A stretch of 64,000 bases of DNA from NCBI GenBank assembly GCA_964244655.1, contig CAXTJU010000004.1, forward strand, positions 2,516 through 66,515, read 5' to 3'. Source of the stretch: an uncultured Acetobacteraceae bacterium (lineage in GTDB: Bacteria > Pseudomonadota > Alphaproteobacteria > Acetobacterales > Acetobacteraceae). Each line of letters starts with the position of its first letter. Position 1 is the stretch's first letter. This document shows, piece by piece, positions 39,839 through 49,201 of this stretch. The position numbers and the translations under genes are program-made. Below the pieces are notes generated by a model that saw nothing but the letters and a program-made list of their open reading frames with translations, was not told where the DNA came from and did no database searches.

Positions 39839-40515
39839 TGCGCATCCTGGTGGTAGAGGACGACAAGGAGGTGGCCGGCTTCGTGCTGAAGGGCCTGCGC
39901 GAGGCGGGCCACCTGGCCGAGCACGCCGACAACGGCCGCGACGGCCTGTTCATGGCCGCCAGCGAAGGCTTCGACGCCATCATCCTGGACCGCATGCTCC
40001 CTGGCGGCATCGACGGTCTGCGCCTGTTGGAAACCCTGCGTGCGCAGGACAACGCGACGCCCGTGCTGTTCCTCTCGGCGCTGGGCCAGGTGGACGAGCG
40101 GGTGCGCGGCCTCAAGGCCGGCGGCGACGACTACCTGGCCAAGCCGTTCGCCTTCGCCGAGCTGCTGGCCCGGGTCGAGGCGCTGACCCGGCGCGGCAAG
40201 AACGAGGGCCCGCAGACCAAGCTGCAGGTGGGCGACCTGGAGATGGAGCTGCTGTCCCGCACCGTGCGCCGCGCCGGCCAGCGCATCGACCTGCAACCGC
40301 GCGAGTTCCGCCTGCTGGAGTTCATGATGCGCCACGCCGGCCAGGTGGTCACCCGCACCATGCTGCTGGAAGGCGTGTGGGACTACCACTTCGACCCGCA
40401 GACCAACGTAATCGACGTGCACGTCAGCCGCCTGAGGCAGAAGATCGACAAGCCGTTCCCCGCCCCGCTGCTGCACACGGTCCGCAACTCCGGCTACATG
40501 CTGCGGGTGGAGTGA
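39838..40515 (+). CDS. OmpR-family response regulator
   Basis: ILVVEDD, ILDRML, DDYLAKPF, NVIDVHVSRLRQKID. Confidence 0.95.
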   Translation: MRILVVEDDKEVAGFVLKGLREAGHLAEHADNGRDGLFMAASEGFDAIILDRMLPGGIDGLRLLETLRAQDNATPVLFLSALGQVDERVRGLKAGGDDYLAKPFAFAELLARVEALTRRGKNEGPQTKLQVGDLEMELLSRTVRRAGQRIDLQPREFRLLEFMMRHAGQVVTRTMLLEGVWDYHFDPQTNVIDVHVSRLRQKIDKPFPAPLLHTVRNSGYMLRVE

Positions 40516-40530
40516 AGGTGCCGGCGAAAC

Positions 40531-40574
40531 GGGTTCCAAGGGCCAACGGCCTTTGGCGGGTCCGGGCAGAGCCC
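40531..40574 (-). repeat. REP-like palindrome family A copy
   Basis: Minus strand GGGCTCTGCCCGGACCCGCCAAAGGCC-GTT-GGCCCTTGGAACCC, between regulator and kinase. Confidence 0.8.
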
Positions 40575-40582
40575 GGCCCTCC

Positions 40583-41974
40583 TTGAGCTTGACGCTTCCC
40601 CGGGCGCAACCCAGCCTGTGGCGCTCCGCCGGCCTGCGCCTGGCCCTGGTGTACGCCCTGCTGTTCGCGCTGAGCGCCCTGGCCCTGGTGCTGTTCCTGT
40701 GGTGGGCCACCGCCGGGCTGCTGGACCGCCAGGTGGAGGCCGCGATCCACGCCGACGCGCAGGGCCTGTCCGAGCAGTGGGAGGGCGGCGGGCTGGCGGC
40801 GCTGCAATCCACCATCGAGGACCGCCTCGCGGAAAACGTCGATGACGACGCGATCTACCTGCTGACGGACGCGGCCAAGCGTCCGCTGGCCGGCAACCTG
40901 GCGGCCTGGCCGGCCGCGGTGACGCTGGCGGAGACGCCATACGACCTCAACGTGTCCCGTGCCGGAGTGACCAGCATGGCCCGGGTGCAGCGGTTCGACC
41001 TCGCGGATGGCAGTCGGCTGCTGGTGGGACGAGACGTGGAAACCCGGGCGCCGCTGCGCTCGCTGCTGACCTCGGCGCTGCTGTGGTCGCTGGTGCTGCT
41101 GGCCCTGCTCGGCTCGGTCGGCGGGCTGGTGATGCAGCGGCTGTTCCGCCGCATGATCGCCAGCGTGTCCAGCACGGCCGGCGCCATCGCGCAGGGCGAC
41201 CTGAACCGCCGGGTGCGGGTGACCGGGCGGGGCGACGAGTTCGACCGGCTGGCCGAGACCATCAACGACATGCTGGACCGGATCGGCCGGCTGATGGACG
41301 GGGTGCGCGAGGTGTCCAACAGCATCGCGCACGATCTGCGCACCCCGATCGCCCGCGCCCGCGCCCGGCTGGAGGACGCGGCCGAGCACGCGCACGGGCC
41401 CGAGGAACTGCGCGCCGCCGTCTGCCGCGCGGTCACCGACCTGGACGGCGTGGCCGCGGTGTTCGAGGCGCTGCTGCGGATCGCCGAGATCGAGGCGGGG
41501 ACCCGGCGCTCCGCCTTCGCCGCCACTGACCTCGCCCCGGTGCTGGCGGAGCTGGCGGAGCTGTACACCGCGCCGGCGGAGGAGCGCGGCCTGGCCCTGG
41601 TGTACGACGGCCCACCCCGGCTGCCGCTGTATTGCGACCGCAACCTGATCGGCCAGGCGGTGGTCAACCTGCTGGACAACGCGCTGAAGTTCTCCCAGCC
41701 CGGCGGCGCGGTGCAGCTGCTGGCGGCGCACGGCCCCGGCCCCGTCGTGCTGACCGTGCAGGACACCGGGCCCGGCATCCCTGCCGCCGACCGCCCGCGT
41801 GCGGTCAAGCGGTTCTACCGCGGTGAGCAGGCGCGGCAGACGCCGGGCTCTGGACTTGGCCTGGCGCTGGTCGAGGCGGTGGCGGTGCTGCACGGCGGCA
41901 CCCTGGCGCTGGAGGACGCGGCCCCGGGCCTGCGCGCCGTGCTGACGCTGCCGGCGGACCCGGCGGCTCCTTGA
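40583..41974 (+). CDS. HAMP-containing sensor histidine kinase
   Basis: 2 TM, HAMP (GDEFDRLA), H-box IAHDLRTP, NLLDNALKF, DTGPGI, GSGLGL; start uncertain. Confidence 0.93.
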   Translation: MSLTLPRAQPSLWRSAGLRLALVYALLFALSALALVLFLWWATAGLLDRQVEAAIHADAQGLSEQWEGGGLAALQSTIEDRLAENVDDDAIYLLTDAAKRPLAGNLAAWPAAVTLAETPYDLNVSRAGVTSMARVQRFDLADGSRLLVGRDVETRAPLRSLLTSALLWSLVLLALLGSVGGLVMQRLFRRMIASVSSTAGAIAQGDLNRRVRVTGRGDEFDRLAETINDMLDRIGRLMDGVREVSNSIAHDLRTPIARARARLEDAAEHAHGPEELRAAVCRAVTDLDGVAAVFEALLRIAEIEAGTRRSAFAATDLAPVLAELAELYTAPAEERGLALVYDGPPRLPLYCDRNLIGQAVVNLLDNALKFSQPGGAVQLLAAHGPGPVVLTVQDTGPGIPAADRPRAVKRFYRGEQARQTPGSGLGLALVEAVAVLHGGTLALEDAAPGLRAVLTLPADPAAP

Positions 41975-42041
41975 GCAGGTGACGACGACTTCACGCAGTG
42001 CCCATTGCCGCGTGATTTCGCTTGTCCATACTGTGGATGTA

Positions 42042-42326
42042 ATGTGGAAAAAGACGGTCTTGAGCACCGCGGTCGCGGCATGGTTCGCCGGGCAGGCATT
42101 GGCCCAAGCCAATTTCCTGCCGGACCAGGACCCGATGACCGTGACCACCGACACATCCGAGTACTGCCTCGGCCTGGCGGACCGGATGGACACGGATGCG
42201 GACATGCCGCCCCATGCCCGCGTGCTTTGGCGCAGCGGGCGCACCATGTGCGAGCATGGCCATGTGCGCGGCGGCCTGCTGCGGCTGCGGCGGGCGATGC
42301 AGATGCTGCGGGGGGCTGCCGAGTAG
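42042..42326 (+). CDS. Small secreted hypothetical protein
   Basis: Signal peptide ..AGQALA; TTDTSEYC...LWRSGRTMCEHGHVRGGLLRLRRA. Confidence 0.7.
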   Translation: MWKKTVLSTAVAAWFAGQALAQANFLPDQDPMTVTTDTSEYCLGLADRMDTDADMPPHARVLWRSGRTMCEHGHVRGGLLRLRRAMQMLRGAAE

Positions 42327-42380
42327 CTCGCCCTGGCGTCGCCCATCGGGCATAATGCCGGCCCATCAAAGGACAGAACA

Positions 42381-42824
42381 ATGATCTTGTGGAGCCTGGT
42401 GCTGGGCGTTCACCTGCTCGCCATGACGCTGTGGACCGGCGGGATGGCCTACGCGCTGGTGGTGCTGCGGCCCAGCCTGGCGGCGCTGCCCCCGGCGGAG
42501 CGCATGGCGCTGCACGGCGAGACGCTGCGGCGCTTCTTCCGCCTGGTGTATTTCGCCATGCCGCTGGTGCTGCTGACCGGCTGGGGCATGGTGTTCGGCG
42601 TGTACGGCGGCTTCGCCAACCTGCCCTGGCCGGTGAACGTGATGCAGCTGCTCGGGCTGGTGATGGCGGCCGTGTTCCTGGCGCTGGTGTTCGGCCCCTA
42701 CCGCCGGTTCCGCGCGCAGCCGAATGACGCCGCCGCCGCATCCATCCGCAAGCTGATCCACGTCAACCTCGGCCTGGGCGCCATCGTGATCGTGGTGGCG
42801 TCGTTCGCCCAGTGGGGCAGCTGA
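42381..42824 (+). CDS. CopD/DUF4149-like 4-TM membrane protein
   Basis: HLLAMTLWTGGM, four TM helices. Confidence 0.8.
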   Translation: MILWSLVLGVHLLAMTLWTGGMAYALVVLRPSLAALPPAERMALHGETLRRFFRLVYFAMPLVLLTGWGMVFGVYGGFANLPWPVNVMQLLGLVMAAVFLALVFGPYRRFRAQPNDAAAASIRKLIHVNLGLGAIVIVVASFAQWGS

Positions 42825-42852
42825 GGAGGCCGCTCCGGCAAAAGCATCCCCC

Positions 42853-42861
42853 TTATCCACA
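42853..42861 (+). promoter_or_regulatory. Perfect DnaA box TTATCCACA upstream of dnaB
   Basis: Read directly, 45 bp before the dnaB start. Confidence 0.6.
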
Positions 42862-42905
42862 GCCATGCACAGGCTGATCGCGCCCCGCGGCGCTCGGCAT
42901 AGGCT

Positions 42906-44408
42906 ATGGTCACCCTCCTCATGAACACACTCTCCCCGCTCCTCGGCCTGTCGCAACGGATGCCGCCCTCCAACCAGCAGGCGGAGCAGGCGCTGCTCGG
43001 CGCGCTGCTGGCCAACAACCGCGCGTTCGAGCGAGTGGCGGAGTTCCTGGCGCCGGAGCACTTCAATGATCCGATCCACGGCCGCATCTTCGCCGCCATC
43101 CATCGCCGGGTGAACAACGGCCAGCTGGCGGACGCTATCACCCTGCGCGCCGAGTTCGAGCACACCGGCGTGCTGGACGAGGTGGGCGGCACGGCGTACC
43201 TGGCCCAGCTGCTCGGCGCCATGGTCGGCATCATCAACGCCGGGGAGTATGGCCGCGCCATCCACGACGCCTGGCTGCGGCGCCAGCTGATCGAGGTCGG
43301 CGAGGAGGTGGTGAACAACGCGTTCGGCGCCGAGCCGGAGCTGGACGGCCGCAGCCAGGTGGAGGCGGCGGAGCAGAAGCTGTTCGACATCGCGGACAAG
43401 GGCGCCACCAGCGGCGGCTTCATGGTGTTCGAGCAGGCGCTGACGCAGGCGATCCAAGGAGCCGAGCGCGCGTTCCACCGCTCTGGCCATGTCTCCGGCC
43501 TGTCCACCGGGCTGCGCGACCTGGACAAGAAGATGGGCGGGCTGCACCCGTCGGACCTGATGGTGCTGGCCGGCCGCCCCGGCATGGGCAAGACGGCGCT
43601 GGCCACCAAGATCGCCTTCGGCGCCGCCCGCGCGCTGCTGGCGGAGGCGCGCAGCGCCGGGTCGGAGCAGGTGCCGAAGGGCAGCGTCGCGTTCTTCTCG
43701 CTGGAGATGAGCGCCGAGCAGATCGCCCTGCGCCTGCTGGCGGAGGAGGCGCGGGTGTCCGGCGACAAGATACGCCGCGGCGAGATCGGCCAACGCGACT
43801 TCGACCGCTTCGTGCAGGTGAGCCGCGAGGTGGCAGGCCTGCCGCTGCACATCGACGAGACGCCGGGCATCTCCGTGGCGGCGCTCAGGACCCGGTGCCG
43901 CCGGCTCAAGCGCACCAGCGGCCTGAGCCTGGTGATCGTGGACTATTTGCAGCTCATGCGCCCCTCCGCCGGCACCAAGCCGGAGAGCCGGGTGCTGGAG
44001 ATCAGCCAGTTCACCCAGGGGCTCAAGGCGATCGCCAAGGAGATGGCGGTGCCGGTGATCGCGCTCTCCCAGCTGTCCCGCGCGGTGGAGCAGCGCGAGG
44101 ACAAGCGGCCGCAGCTGTCCGACTTGCGCGAGTCCGGCACGATCGAGCAGGACGCGGACTGCGTGATGTTCGTCTATCGCGACGAGTACTACTTGCAGCA
44201 GCGCGGCCCGAAGGAGGGGCATTTCGAGACCAACGACAAGTTCCACAGCGCCATGGACAAGTGGCAGCAGGACATGGAGCGGGTGCACAACCGCGCCGAG
44301 CTGCTGATCGAGAAGCAGCGCCACGGGCCGACGGGCAAGATCGACCTGCTGTTCGAGGGCGAGTTCACCCGGTTCGCGGACCTGGATTTGGTGCACAGCG
44401 GGGGGTGA
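42906..44408 (+). CDS. dnaB: Replicative DNA helicase
   Basis: EQALLGALL, AGRPGMGKT, FSLEMS, VDYLQLM, ALSQLSR, DLRESGTIEQDAD, KQRHGPTG. Confidence 0.98.
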   Translation: MVTLLMNTLSPLLGLSQRMPPSNQQAEQALLGALLANNRAFERVAEFLAPEHFNDPIHGRIFAAIHRRVNNGQLADAITLRAEFEHTGVLDEVGGTAYLAQLLGAMVGIINAGEYGRAIHDAWLRRQLIEVGEEVVNNAFGAEPELDGRSQVEAAEQKLFDIADKGATSGGFMVFEQALTQAIQGAERAFHRSGHVSGLSTGLRDLDKKMGGLHPSDLMVLAGRPGMGKTALATKIAFGAARALLAEARSAGSEQVPKGSVAFFSLEMSAEQIALRLLAEEARVSGDKIRRGEIGQRDFDRFVQVSREVAGLPLHIDETPGISVAALRTRCRRLKRTSGLSLVIVDYLQLMRPSAGTKPESRVLEISQFTQGLKAIAKEMAVPVIALSQLSRAVEQREDKRPQLSDLRESGTIEQDADCVMFVYRDEYYLQQRGPKEGHFETNDKFHSAMDKWQQDMERVHNRAELLIEKQRHGPTGKIDLLFEGEFTRFADLDLVHSGG

Positions 44409-44532
44409 ACTGATCCGAGGGGGCCAGAGTCACGCTCGCCGGCGGAAATAAACTCGGGCGCAACCTCCGCCGCGTAGTGCTAGAGCAGCCGGAGCGGCGT
44501 TGCGCAGGCGTGGCGCTGGAAGGACACGGCCC

Positions 44533-44694
44533 ATGGAAGCCGCCTTGCTGATGTTCGACGTGGCCGGCCTGGTTCTCGTGGCCGTGTGGCTGGGCCGCGG
44601 CAACGGCCGGGCCGGGCTGTTCGCCTGGCGGTCCCGTCCGCCCAAAGCGAACCCACCTGAAGCACATAGGCGCGCGCGAAGGCGGCAGGCCTGA
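44533..44694 (+). CDS. Small membrane protein coupled to the O-ligase
   Basis: MEAALLMFDVAGLVLVAVWL TM helix; TGATG overlap with the downstream gene. Confidence 0.55.
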   Translation: MEAALLMFDVAGLVLVAVWLGRGNGRAGLFAWRSRPPKANPPEAHRRARRRQA

Positions 44695-46067
44695 TGCGCG
44701 ACCTGGCCTTCGTCGCATCCTGGCTCGTGCTGGTGCCGCTCGCGTTCGGCGGCGCCCAGGTCGGCGTCCTGCTCTGGACTTGGACCTCCCTGCTGGCGCC
44801 GAACGACGTGCTGTACGGCTTCGGATCGACGCTGCCCTACGCCAAGGCCGCTGCGGCCCTCACCCTCAGCCTGGCCGTCATGGGCCGGGGCGGCGGCATC
44901 CGGCTGCGGCCGAACGCCACCGTGGCGCTGCTGGGGCTGCTCGCCGTCTGGGGCTTGCTGTCCCAGGGCACCGGGCTTGCGGGCGACTCGGCGCCGGGCT
45001 GGGATTTGTACCAGAAGTTCGTGAAGATCCTGCTGCTGGCAGTGATGGTTGTGGCCGTGATGCGGGACCGGCTGCGGCTGCATGCGCTGATGCTGGCGAT
45101 CTGCCTGGGGATCGGCTTCACCGGCCTGGGCGAGGCGGCCAAGTTCCTGCTCTCCGCCGGCGGCCACAAGGTGCTCGGCACCTCCTCGACCGGGGACAAC
45201 AACCAGATCGCGCTCGACGTGCTGATGATCATGCCGCTGCTGTACTACTTGCAGGCGACGGCGCAGCGTCAGGCGGTGCGGGCGGCGTGCTGGGCCATGG
45301 GCGGCATGTGCGCCGTGTGCGTCATCGCCACGGGCTCGCGCAACGGCTTCGCCGGCCTGGGCTTGCTCGGCGTCGCCTACGTGCTGGCCAGCCGGCGCAA
45401 GGCGCTCGGGCTGCTGCTGGTGCTGATGGTGTTCGGCATCGGCGCGCAGCTGGTCAGCGACAGCTGGAAGGAACGGATCAGCACGATCCAGTCGGCCGAG
45501 AGCGACGACTCGTTCCTGGGCCGGGTCGGCGCCTGGAAGGTCAGCACGGCGGTGGCGCTGCACCGTCCGCTGTTCGGCGGTGGGTTCCATGCGATCCAGC
45601 ACGGCGACGTGTGGGGCCAGCACCTGGAAGCCGCGAGCCACGTTGACATCCTCGGCTCCGCCCCGCCGACGCTCAACATCAAGGCGGCTCACAGCATCTA
45701 CTTCGAGGTGCTGGGCGATCTCGGGTTCGGCGGGCTGGTGCTGTTCCTGGCATTGTTCGCCGTCGCCTGGCGCAACGGCAGCGCGGTGCGCCGGATCGTG
45801 CGCCGCAGCAAACGCGCGGACATCGCCTGGGCGGGGCAGATGGCGGCCGTGCTGCAAGTCAGCGTGCTGCTGTTCCTGGTCAACGGCGCGCTGCTGAGCG
45901 CGGCCTACTACGACATCGACTACCTGCTTGTCGCCATGCTGGCGGCGCTGCACGAGCTGGTCGGCCGCGCCGTGCTGGAGGAGCCCCCAGGTGCGGTGCA
46001 CCAGGCGCCGGATGCCACCTGGCGCAGCCGGGCTGCGGCTGAACAGAGGCTGCTGGTCGGCGGATGA
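44694..46067 (+). CDS. Putative O-glycosylation ligase, exosortase-A-system associated (TIGR03097-like; Wzy_C)
   Basis: Multi-TM; GDNNQIA, ATGSRNGF, SFLGRVGAW, PLFGGGF, AAHSIYFEVLGDLGFGGL. Confidence 0.85.
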   Translation: MRDLAFVASWLVLVPLAFGGAQVGVLLWTWTSLLAPNDVLYGFGSTLPYAKAAAALTLSLAVMGRGGGIRLRPNATVALLGLLAVWGLLSQGTGLAGDSAPGWDLYQKFVKILLLAVMVVAVMRDRLRLHALMLAICLGIGFTGLGEAAKFLLSAGGHKVLGTSSTGDNNQIALDVLMIMPLLYYLQATAQRQAVRAACWAMGGMCAVCVIATGSRNGFAGLGLLGVAYVLASRRKALGLLLVLMVFGIGAQLVSDSWKERISTIQSAESDDSFLGRVGAWKVSTAVALHRPLFGGGFHAIQHGDVWGQHLEAASHVDILGSAPPTLNIKAAHSIYFEVLGDLGFGGLVLFLALFAVAWRNGSAVRRIVRRSKRADIAWAGQMAAVLQVSVLLFLVNGALLSAAYYDIDYLLVAMLAALHELVGRAVLEEPPGAVHQAPDATWRSRAAAEQRLLVGG

Positions 46068-46082
46068 AAAGCCAAGCATAGC

Positions 46083-46248
46083 AGGGCTCTGCCCTGCACC
46101 CGCAAGGGGACGAAGTCCCCTTGACCCCTGTTGCTTATAATTGGGTGTCCAGAGGACCCTGTCCTCTGGCGGAGTGGGCCAAGGTTCCGCTCGCCCCGCT
46201 TCGGGCGAGTGGAATGCGCACGGAGCTGGGGTTCGGGGCAGAGCCCCG
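46083..46248. repeat. Composite of two oppositely oriented family-A REP-like copies; second carries a 57-bp hairpin insert
   Basis: 46083-46128 forward copy; 46143-46248 reverse copy interrupted at 46171-46227. Confidence 0.8.
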
Positions 46249-46319
46249 ATCTTGCTGGCCCACCCCTGGCATCCCCGGAAGGACTGGCAGAAGGTGGCCC
46301 TACTTCAATGGAGCGCCCC

Positions 46320-47318
46320 ATGGCCGACATGAACCATCAGATCCTCCTCGCCAGCCGCCCCCAAGGCGCTGTCAGCACGGACAACTTTCGCCTGACCGAG
46401 GTGCCCCTGGCGCCGCTGGCGGAAGGGCAGGTGCGGGTGCGCAACCACTTCCTCTCGCTCGACCCCTACATGCGCGGCCGCATGAACGACTCCAAATCCT
46501 ACACTGCGCCGCAGAAGCTGGACGAGGTGATGATCGGCGGCACCGTGGGCGCCGTGACCGAGAGCCGCAACCCGAAATGGCAGCCCGGCGACAAAGTGGT
46601 CGGCATGTTCGGCTGGCAGGAGTACGCCACGTCGGACGGCGGCGGCATGCAGAAGGTGGACGACGCGCACGTGCCGCTTTCCGCCTATCTCGGCCCCGTC
46701 GGCATGCCCGGCGTCACCGGATGGTATGGGCTGAACCGCATCTGCAAGCCCAAGGCCGGCGAGACGGTGGCGGTGAGTGCGGCCAGCGGCGCGGTCGGCA
46801 CGGTGGTGGGGCAGCTGGCCAAGCGTCACGGCTGCCGCGTGGTCGGCATCGCGGGCGGAGCGGAGAAGTGCCGCTTCGTGGTGGACGAACTCGGCTTCGA
46901 CGCCTGCGCCGACTACAAGGCCGGCGACCTGCGCGCCCAGCTGAAGGCCGCGGCACCAGACGGCATCGACGGCTACTTTGACAACGTGGGCGGCACAGTG
47001 CTGGACGAGGTGATGCTGCGGATGAACGCGTTCGGCCGCATCGCCGTGTGCGGCGCCATCGCCGGGTATGACGGCGCGCCGCTCACGATGGCGAACCCGG
47101 CGCTGATCCTGGTCTCCCGCCTCACGATGGAAGGCTTCATCGTCTCCGAGCACATGGAGGACTGGCCGGCGGCGCTGGCCGAGCTGGGCGGGCTGGTGGC
47201 AAGCGGCCAGCTGAAATACCGCGAAACCGTCGCCCAAGGCCTGGCCAGCGCGCCCGAGGCGTTCCTGGGGCTGCTGAAAGGCCGCAACTTCGGCAAGCAG
47301 CTGGTCAAGCTTATCTAG
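46320..47318 (+). CDS. NADP-dependent oxidoreductase (MDR, CurA/prostaglandin-reductase type)
   Basis: LASRPQG, SLDPYMRGRM, GMPGVTGWYG, SAASGAVG, FDNVGG, NFGKQLV. Confidence 0.92.
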   Translation: MADMNHQILLASRPQGAVSTDNFRLTEVPLAPLAEGQVRVRNHFLSLDPYMRGRMNDSKSYTAPQKLDEVMIGGTVGAVTESRNPKWQPGDKVVGMFGWQEYATSDGGGMQKVDDAHVPLSAYLGPVGMPGVTGWYGLNRICKPKAGETVAVSAASGAVGTVVGQLAKRHGCRVVGIAGGAEKCRFVVDELGFDACADYKAGDLRAQLKAAAPDGIDGYFDNVGGTVLDEVMLRMNAFGRIAVCGAIAGYDGAPLTMANPALILVSRLTMEGFIVSEHMEDWPAALAELGGLVASGQLKYRETVAQGLASAPEAFLGLLKGRNFGKQLVKLI

Positions 47319-47320
47319 CG

Positions 47321-48415
47321 GTGCACCCTCCCTCCGGCCCACCCCCGGAAGCGGGCGCGTGGCCCGCCCTGCTGGAGATCGACACCGCCGCCATCGTCGC
47401 CAACTGGCGCTCCCTCCGCCGCGGCCCCACCGCCGCCGTGGTGAAGGCCGACGCGTACGGCCTGGGCGCCCGCGCCATCGTGCCTGCGCTGCACGCCGCC
47501 GGGTGCCGCCACTTCTTCACCGCCCACCCGGCGGAGGCGCTCGCCGTGCGGGACCTCGCCCCCGGCGCCATGCTCGCCGTGCTGAACGGCCTGTGGCCCG
47601 GGCTGGAGCCGGAGTTCGCGGCGGGCGGCCTCACCCCCGTGCTCGGCACGCTCGACGAGGTGGACCGCTGGGCCGGCCATGCCCGCGCGCTCGGCCGCCC
47701 GCTGCCCGCCATCCTGCACGTGGACACGGGGATGAACCGGCTCGGCCTGGACACCCCGGCGCTCGACGCCCTGGCGGCGGACCATGGCCGCCTCGCCGGC
47801 CTCGCCCTGCGCTACGTCATGACCCACCTCGTGTCAGCCGAAACCCCGGACGACCCGGTGAACCAGCGCCAGCTCACTCGCTTCGACGCAGCCTGCGCCC
47901 GCCTGCCTCCCGCCCCCCGCTCGGTCGCCAACTCCTCCGGCCTGTTCCTCGGCGCTGGCTTCGCCTCCAACCTCGCCCGTCCCGGCGCTGCGCTGTATGG
48001 CGTGAACCCCACCCCCGGCCGCCCCAACCCGATGCGCCCGGTGGTCCGCCTGCGCGCCCGCGTGCTGCAAGTGCGGGAGGTGCGCCCCGGCGAGAGCGTC
48101 GGCTACAACGGCGTGTGGACCGCCGCCCGCCCCAGCCGCATCGCCACCCTCTCGGTGGGCTACGCCGACGGCTACCTGCGCTCCCTCACCAACCGCGCCA
48201 CCGCCTGCTTTGACGGGGCGCCCGTGCCGCTGGTAGGTCGCGTGTCCATGGACCTCACCACCTTCGACGTGACCGACGCGCCCGGCGTGTCGCCCGGCTG
48301 CTGGCTCGACCTCATCGGACCCGGCGGTGTCGATGCGCTCGCCGCCGAGGCCGGCACCAACGGCTACGAAATCCTGACCTCGCTTGGCCCGCGCTACCCG
48401 CGCCATTACCTGTGA
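47321..48415 (+). CDS. alr: Alanine racemase
   Basis: AVVKADAYGLG, HVDTGMNRLG, RPGAALYG, VGYADG, GRVSMD, YEILT. Confidence 0.96.
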   Translation: MHPPSGPPPEAGAWPALLEIDTAAIVANWRSLRRGPTAAVVKADAYGLGARAIVPALHAAGCRHFFTAHPAEALAVRDLAPGAMLAVLNGLWPGLEPEFAAGGLTPVLGTLDEVDRWAGHARALGRPLPAILHVDTGMNRLGLDTPALDALAADHGRLAGLALRYVMTHLVSAETPDDPVNQRQLTRFDAACARLPPAPRSVANSSGLFLGAGFASNLARPGAALYGVNPTPGRPNPMRPVVRLRARVLQVREVRPGESVGYNGVWTAARPSRIATLSVGYADGYLRSLTNRATACFDGAPVPLVGRVSMDLTTFDVTDAPGVSPGCWLDLIGPGGVDALAAEAGTNGYEILTSLGPRYPRHYL

Positions 48416-49194
48416 ACGCGCTTGATGGGCTGGCCTGGCTCGGGCGGGCGGCGCTCGGCGTGTGCCGCGGCACCGGGTCGGTGGCGCTGTTCGCGGCGTC
48501 CGGCGTGTCCCACATCGTGCGCCCGCCGCTGTACGGCCGCATGTTCGGCCGCGCCTTCATCGAGTTCTCGTATTTCAGCCTGCCCGTGGTGGCGCTGACG
48601 GCGATCTTCTCCGGCATGGTGATCGCGCTGCAATCCTTCACCGGCTTCTCCCGCTTCAACGCCGAGAGCGCGGTGGCCAACATCGTCGTGCTCTCGGTGG
48701 TGCGCGAGCTGGGCCCGGTGCTGGCCGGGCTGATGGTGGCCGGCCGCGTGGGCGCCGCCATGGCGGCCGAGCTTGGCACCATGCGCGTCACCGACCAGAT
48801 CGACGCGCTCGGCACCCTCTCCACCAACCCGATGAAATACCTAGTGGCGCCCCGGCTGCTGGCCGGCACGCTGGCGCTGCCGCTGCTGGTGGTGGTGGCG
48901 GACATCCTGGGCGTCATGGGCGGCTTCATCATCGCCACCGCCAAGATCGGCCTGAACCCGGCGAGCTACCTCAACACCACCCTGGGCTTCATGACGGCGG
49001 CCGACGTGGCCAGCGGCCTGGCCAAGGCGGCGGTGTTCGGCTTCATCATCGCGCTGATGGGCTGCTTCTTCGGCTACAACAGCCGCGGCGGCGCGCAGGG
49101 CGTGGGGGCCGCCACCACCTCGGCCGTGGTGACCGCCTCCATCCTGATTCTCGCCGGCGACTACCTGCTGACGGAGCTGTTCTTTGCCCGATAG
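48412..49194 (+). CDS. mlaE: MlaE-family ABC permease
   Basis: VRELGPVLAGLMVAGRVGAAMAAELGTMRVTDQIDAL, GAQGVGAATT. Confidence 0.94.
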   Translation: MNALDGLAWLGRAALGVCRGTGSVALFAASGVSHIVRPPLYGRMFGRAFIEFSYFSLPVVALTAIFSGMVIALQSFTGFSRFNAESAVANIVVLSVVRELGPVLAGLMVAGRVGAAMAAELGTMRVTDQIDALGTLSTNPMKYLVAPRLLAGTLALPLLVVVADILGVMGGFIIATAKIGLNPASYLNTTLGFMTAADVASGLAKAAVFGFIIALMGCFFGYNSRGGAQGVGAATTSAVVTASILILAGDYLLTELFFAR

Positions 49195-49201
49195 CGCCGG
49201 G

